Assembly (NCBI GenBank): GCA_937911445.1
Contig: CALDQY010000189.1
Location: 185-64,184, forward strand
Length of the DNA: 64,000 nt
From: an uncultured Rhodobiaceae bacterium
GTDB taxonomy: Archaea; Thermoplasmatota; Poseidoniia; Poseidoniales; Poseidoniaceae
Direction: 5' to 3'
Shown here: one piece after another, positions 59,303-64,000 of the stretch
Layout of the letters: every line of letters starts with the position of its first letter
Position numbering within the stretch: the first letter of the stretch is position 1
Notes under the pieces: model-generated
Database searches by the model: none
The model's input: only the letters and a program-made list of their open reading frames with translations
What the model was told of the DNA's origin: nothing
Translations under genes and position numbers: made by a program

Positions 59303-62026
59303 CTACCGTTTTGCGAATCGATATCCAACTCGTTCGTTCTTTTTCAGCCAAAGAATCGCTGTGTAAGGGTTTCCAGATTTCTTGGCAATCAAATCATCAA
59401 AGGGTCCAATTTCTCCCTTTTCAATCAGCTGTTTCGCTTCCTCTCGCGTTATTTCTCGCTTTGAGATTTCACGAGCTATATCTATTTTACAACCGCTTGC
59501 ACTTGTTTTTGGTCGGAAGTGCGTCTCAGTTTCGTAGATTTCCGCACCATGCTTTGGACAAACTGCTACGACGCCAGGTGTAACCTCAAATCGACGTGAA
59601 TCGGCTGCCGCTTCTCGTGGAGGAAATTCAAACCCGACTTTGTTGCCTTCAAGAACAAGATAAGCAGGAAACGGTCGACCGCGACGTGAAATAAAATCTT
59701 CGATGAGTGGGGATTTGCCATCGACCAAAATTGATTTTGCCTCGTCTCTGTTGATTTCTCGCTTACAAATGACCTTACCAACACCTGAAAATTTGCAGCT
59801 TTCCTGATCGCATGCATAATGTGTATCGGTTTCACGAATCGTACCATCGCATTTCGGGCATGGACAGATTGCCTCATCAGAGGTGTTTGCCCGATTACCC
59901 GTCGATTTCGAGGATGAAACTTTTCCTTCATTTGAGATGACAACGGATGTCTCGTAAGCCTCACCATTCCGGTTGAAGAACCCATGCAAATCCATCAACT
60001 CCTTTTGCTCGAGCAGACGTTTCGCCGTAGAACGGTCGAACCAACGTCCGCTCGTATCCTTCCAGAACACAAACGAACATCCTTTTTCCTTCCCTTCATT
60101 TTTCTCGCAGGTATAGGATAGCGCTGTTTCAATAATCCCAGATGCACACTGTGGACAGTTGCCAATTGATTCATCTTGAGCAAACAATTGACTCCGGTCG
60201 TGGTCTCTGACCCTGGTTACCAAATCAGTGGTCTGTTCCACAATGTTTTCCATGTAACTTGAAGCATCCAATTCTCCACGTTGCACTGCTGTTAATGCGG
60301 ATTCCATTTCACCTGTGAGTTCGGCGGATGTGATCCATTCAACTGGGATTCGACGCAGTATTTCGATGATACGAATGCCGTGCGGTGTCGCATTGAGTGC
60401 TCCTGATTGCTGTCGTGAAATATAACCTCGTGAAAGCAATTTCTCAATTGTGTCTGCCCGAGTGGCTGGAGTCCCAAGACCTTTACCTGCCATCGCTTCA
60501 GCAAGATCCTCATCCTCGATATCCTTTCCAGCCTTTTCCATGAGGGATAGAAGTCGTGCTTCCTTGATGCGTGTTGGTGGCTTCGATTTTTCTTCATTCC
60601 ATTCATGGGACGAAATAGAAGCAAGTGGACTCTCCGTTGATAAGGTGCCCCAACCTTCTGGGTGACTGAGTTTCTTTGTCACGACCTCTCTCCAGCCTAC
60701 TGTGGTATATTGTTGGGCTTCTTTGTTGAAAATCTCTCCTCCCAAATCTGCGGTTCTTTTTTGCTTCTCAATGACTGCTTCTCCATACCAGGATGCAATA
60801 AAGTTCCGAACAATCATGTTGTAGAGCCGCTGCTCGTCTTTGGAAAGAGCGGAGGTAGGCAATTTTCCAGTTGGTATAATGGCGAAGTGATCGCTGACTT
60901 TTGCATCATTGAAATTTCGTGCAACATTTTGCATACCATTTTTTGCTAATGTATCAATGAAGCCTGACATCTCATCCAATTGTCCAAGATTGGACAAGGT
61001 TGTGTCAATGGTTCCTTTCATGTCGGTAGGAAGGAAGCGGGAGTCAGTACGAGGATAGGTCGTTAATTTATGGCGTTCGTACAACGCTTGAGCAACATTG
61101 AGCGTTCTCTTAGCCGGCCAAGAAAACATTGAGTTTGCCTGTCTTTGTAGCGTAGTCAAATCAAAATTCAAAGGTGGTCGCTCTTTGCTTGTTGTCACTT
61201 TTTCCATGACAGTGGCTTGTTCACCTGAATCTATGAGCGCTTGAATTCGATCTTTGTCTTCAGGAGTAAGAATCCAATGAGGTTTAGTATCCTCAGTTGC
61301 GGCCCCACCTTCCCATCGACCGGACCATGAACTATCACTACCTTCAAACTGAGCATTGAGGGTCCAAAACGGTGTAGCAATATGTTTCAGGATTTCAATT
61401 TCGTGATCCACAAGAATCGCGAGTGTTGCTGTTTGCACTCGTCCGAGGGAGATACGTTCGGTCCGCTTCTTTGGAAGAAATACCTCAGCAATCCTTGAAC
61501 CGTTCATCCCGATGAGCCAGTCAGCGTAACTACGACTGTAAGCTGCGTCAGCAAGGTTCTGGTACTCTGATGCGGATTTGCGCTCATCCCAAGCACGCTG
61601 TATAGCTTCCGTGGTCATGGATTGAAGCCACATTCGAGATACAGGCGATTTGGATTTCGAGTGTCGGTAAATTGTTTGGAAAATGAGTTCTCCTTCACGT
61701 GCAGCATCACAAGCGTTGACAATCTCTGTAACTGCTTTATCGCTCATCAATTTCTTGACTGCTGTAAGTTGCTTACGTGTCGATCCCGATTTTGGTTTGA
61801 ATTCAAATTCATCGGGAACGAATGGTAAATCAGCCGCAGTTTTTCTCCAATTTTTGAACTCTGGATTGTAATCATCCATGTATTTGAGCTCCAACATGTG
61901 ACCAACGGCCCATGTTACAACAATGTCGTTTCCTGACCAATGTGTTGTTTCCTTTTTGTTTATTTTAAGCACCTTTGCAATATCTTCGGCCACACTAGGT
62001 TTCTCGGCGAGGATAACGATGCTCAT
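59303..62026 (-). CDS. topA: type IA DNA topoisomerase (topoisomerase III-like) with repeated C-terminal zinc-ribbon modules
   Basis: 'VILAEKPSVA', 'VTWAVGHMLEL', 'DAAREGE', 'RVQTATLAILVDHEIEI', 'LYERHKLTTYPRTDSRFLP', 'TPATRADTIEKLLSRGYI'. Three Cys4-type ribbons follow. Start at Met 62026 (MSIVIL). Confidence 0.8.
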   Translation of the reverse strand: MSIVILAEKPSVAEDIAKVLKINKKETTHWSGNDIVVTWAVGHMLELKYMDDYNPEFKNWRKTAADLPFVPDEFEFKPKSGSTRKQLTAVKKLMSDKAVTEIVNACDAAREGELIFQTIYRHSKSKSPVSRMWLQSMTTEAIQRAWDERKSASEYQNLADAAYSRSYADWLIGMNGSRIAEVFLPKKRTERISLGRVQTATLAILVDHEIEILKHIATPFWTLNAQFEGSDSSWSGRWEGGAATEDTKPHWILTPEDKDRIQALIDSGEQATVMEKVTTSKERPPLNFDLTTLQRQANSMFSWPAKRTLNVAQALYERHKLTTYPRTDSRFLPTDMKGTIDTTLSNLGQLDEMSGFIDTLAKNGMQNVARNFNDAKVSDHFAIIPTGKLPTSALSKDEQRLYNMIVRNFIASWYGEAVIEKQKRTADLGGEIFNKEAQQYTTVGWREVVTKKLSHPEGWGTLSTESPLASISSHEWNEEKSKPPTRIKEARLLSLMEKAGKDIEDEDLAEAMAGKGLGTPATRADTIEKLLSRGYISRQQSGALNATPHGIRIIEILRRIPVEWITSAELTGEMESALTAVQRGELDASSYMENIVEQTTDLVTRVRDHDRSQLFAQDESIGNCPQCASGIIETALSYTCEKNEGKEKGCSFVFWKDTSGRWFDRSTAKRLLEQKELMDLHGFFNRNGEAYETSVVISNEGKVSSSKSTGNRANTSDEAICPCPKCDGTIRETDTHYACDQESCKFSGVGKVICKREINRDEAKSILVDGKSPLIEDFISRRGRPFPAYLVLEGNKVGFEFPPREAAADSRRFEVTPGVVAVCPKHGAEIYETETHFRPKTSASGCKIDIAREISKREITREEAKQLIEKGEIGPFDDLIAKKSGNPYTAILWLKKNERVGYRFAKR

Positions 62027-62107
62027 GTTTTCAATGCGTTTGTCGACTGTACTTGAAGGCTCGCCAGACTTGAAATACAAACAGATAACTTATGTTATCT
62101 GGTGGAT

Positions 62108-62539
62108 TTATTGAGAATTTTTGATGCGATTACGATGCGCTAATTCATTCCAGTTTTCTTCATCATCACGATACCCACAACCGCTGCAGCCTGGATAACC
62201 TGCAAGCAATAATTCAGAACACATCTGGATGAAATCTGTCATCAATTCCTGTACGTCAAACGGTAGCCACAATGCGTTCTCATCGCTCGGAACATCCGCC
62301 CGGAAATCAAACAGATTTTGGCCGTTTCTGACAACAGAAAACGGTCCTGCAGTGATCTCAGGAAATTCCAATCGTTGTGGCATTGAATCTGCCATGTTGA
62401 GAATCAAACGATGCCAGGATGCCACATGAGCTTGGGGGATGTTCAAAATCAAACCCTCCTCAGAAAGAATGCGTCTGCACGCTTCACGAACAGCAAGCCA
62501 TCTTGCAGAATTCTCCTCCATAAGCCGCCGAGGAAACAC
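62108..62539 (-). CDS. hypothetical protein
   Basis: 143-aa ORF with no recognisable motif. 'CSGCGY' Cys cluster near the C-terminus. Confidence 0.4.
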   Translation of the reverse strand: MFPRRLMEENSARWLAVREACRRILSEEGLILNIPQAHVASWHRLILNMADSMPQRLEFPEITAGPFSVVRNGQNLFDFRADVPSDENALWLPFDVQELMTDFIQMCSELLLAGYPGCSGCGYRDDEENWNELAHRNRIKNSQ

Positions 62540-62566
62540 AAGGATTGAAGGATATCGGTTCGAGCA

Positions 62567-63679
62567 TTGTCCATGGGCAGGCTCTTTCGCTGGTTTTCAA
62601 AGCCACTTTTGGCCATTCAGGATTCTGAAAAAGCCCACGCACGTTCGCTTCTTATGCTACGCATGGCATCATCAAATCCTGTGTTTCGTGCAGTGCTTCG
62701 CCTACTTTACAAACCAAAGAAAAGTATTCCAACACATTGCTTTGGATTGGATTTTGATCACCCGTTCGGTATTGCAGCAGGTATGGACAAGCGTGCGGAG
62801 GCATTACGTGGGTGGGAATCGATTGGACTTGCCTTCTCTGAGATAGGCGGAGTCACTATGCTCGAGCAGTCAGGTAATCCGAAACCGAGAATGTTTCGTC
62901 ACGGAGCTGATCGCTCCCTTGTAAATCGAATGGGATTCAACAATCCAGGCAGTGAGAAAGTTGCACAGCAACTTCAGCGTTCAGGGCCACAAACAAAACC
63001 GGTGTGGGCCAATCTTGGCAAATCCAAATCGACGCCTCTCGATGATGCGGCATCGGACTATTCCACAACGATGCAGCGTTTGTGGAGCCACATCGACGTT
63101 TTCGTTATCAACGTCTCATCCCCGAACACGCCGGGTTTACGTGATTTACAACATGGCGACCATCTGAAAGAAATTCTCACATCATGCATAGATGTGAACC
63201 GGAAGAATGCCCAACAACAAGGCCGGCCAAAAAAACCACTCTTGATCAAGGTCGCACCAGATCTTTCAACCGACGAACTCGATGCCATTGTGGATACGGC
63301 CATGGCCTGCGGGATTGATGGAATTGTAGCAACAAACACGACGCTAAATCGACCAAATCAGGAACATGACGTCTACAAGCAACAAGGTGGTTGTTCGGGC
63401 TCACCTCTTCGCCAGCAAAGCACGGATATGATTGCTCACATCTATGCCTACACAGAAGGAAAACTTCCCATCGTTGGAGTCGGTGGTATCATGAATGCTG
63501 ATGATGCTTGGGAGAAAATCACCGCTGGAGCAACACTACTCCAAGCCTATGCTGGATTTGTGTTTGAAGGTCCTGGTTTAACGAAGTCAATCGTTCATGG
63601 GTTGCATCGAAAGATGAGACAGCACAACATGAACACACTTTCCGAAGCTGTTGGATTGAACCATCGACAGTCATCATGA
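62567..63679 (+). CDS. pyrD: dihydroorotate dehydrogenase (quinone), class 2
   Basis: N-terminal membrane-association helix, then 'FGLDFDHPFGIAAGMDK' and 'NVSSPNTPGLRDLQ', typical of class 2 DHODH. Confidence 0.8.
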   Translation: MSMGRLFRWFSKPLLAIQDSEKAHARSLLMLRMASSNPVFRAVLRLLYKPKKSIPTHCFGLDFDHPFGIAAGMDKRAEALRGWESIGLAFSEIGGVTMLEQSGNPKPRMFRHGADRSLVNRMGFNNPGSEKVAQQLQRSGPQTKPVWANLGKSKSTPLDDAASDYSTTMQRLWSHIDVFVINVSSPNTPGLRDLQHGDHLKEILTSCIDVNRKNAQQQGRPKKPLLIKVAPDLSTDELDAIVDTAMACGIDGIVATNTTLNRPNQEHDVYKQQGGCSGSPLRQQSTDMIAHIYAYTEGKLPIVGVGGIMNADDAWEKITAGATLLQAYAGFVFEGPGLTKSIVHGLHRKMRQHNMNTLSEAVGLNHRQSS

Positions 63680-63721
63680 GCAGATATTGAAATACATCGG
63701 TCCAGTCGTGTGAGTTGATTC

Positions 63722-64000
63722 AATGTTGTCGTATCGCAACCGATTGCTTTTGATTGGTGGTGTTGTCACGATTGCCGTTCTTGGCACGATTTTTCTCCAA
63801 GCACCCGCTCCGACATTGACCGTGGATCAACTGATGGATGACAAGGTCACTCTTATGGATGAAGAGGTTGCGGTTCGTGGTGAAATTCGTGATGGAAGCA
63901 TCAATGAGACGACGATGACTTTCGTATTGGAAGGCTCAGAATTTGACCTGCTTATCGACTACTCAAACGCTGGTTCAATCTCAAACGGTTTAGGTGACAA
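63722..64000 (+). CDS. ccmE: cytochrome c maturation heme chaperone CcmE-like (partial, continues beyond window)
   Basis: N-terminal TM 'LLLIGGVVTIAVLGTIFL', followed by an OB-fold-like 'VRGEIRDGSI....FVLEGSEFDLLIDYSNAG' pattern like CcmE. Confidence 0.5.

Noticed and set aside
1-64000. CRISPR arrays, transposases, integrases, prophage genes
   Set aside because: No regularly spaced direct repeats and no recombinase or transposase-like translations were seen on either strand. The only DNA-level tandem repeats are short in-gene coding repeats (S24e tail, TSP3 repeats).

Overview
The window reads as a mostly ordinary chromosomal stretch of an archaeon. Supporting this are archaeal-type rpoE'-spt4-S24e-S27ae and aIF6 genes, archaeal DtdA, RtcB, geranylgeranyl reductase, an unlinked 5S rRNA, and archaeal-style tRNA promoters. 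The many huge surface proteins suggest a marine planktonic euryarchaeon, which is inference only. Gene density is high on both strands, with frequent 1-4 nt start/stop overlaps that indicate operons. Housekeeping content includes a 5S rRNA, aIF6, PurC, the rpoE'-spt4-rps24e-rps27ae operon, DtdA, proline dehydrogenase, tRNA-Ser(GGA) and tRNA-Thr(GGU), RtcB, AlaRS, ValRS, SHMT, a SerA-like dehydrogenase, geranylgeranyl reductase, a type IA topoisomerase, a class-2 DHODH, a radical-SAM MqnC/MqnE-like enzyme, and a partial CcmE. Accessory and surface content includes a 1878-aa FG-GAP/VCBS-like surface protein, two very acidic proteins of about 1000 aa with thrombospondin-type-3-like DxDxDG calcium-binding repeats, a PKD-like anchored protein, two membrane-tethered S8 subtilases, an RND/MMPL exporter, and a 1032-aa polytopic TPR-like membrane protein. 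The most interesting locus is at about 29.0-33.6 kb. It is a compact cluster of a small Arg-rich ORF overlapping an E. coli Pol II-like family-B DNA polymerase, a RecA-fold protein with a degenerate P-loop that looks ImuA/SulA-like, and a canonical active Y-family DinB/Dpo4 polymerase. The PolB has substituted exonuclease and motif B/C residues, and a near-perfect palindrome lies in the divergent promoter region. This looks like an archaeal analogue of bacterial imuA-imuB-dnaE2-type damage-inducible mutasome cassettes, with a PolB in place of DnaE2. No CRISPR arrays, transposases or integrases were recognised.
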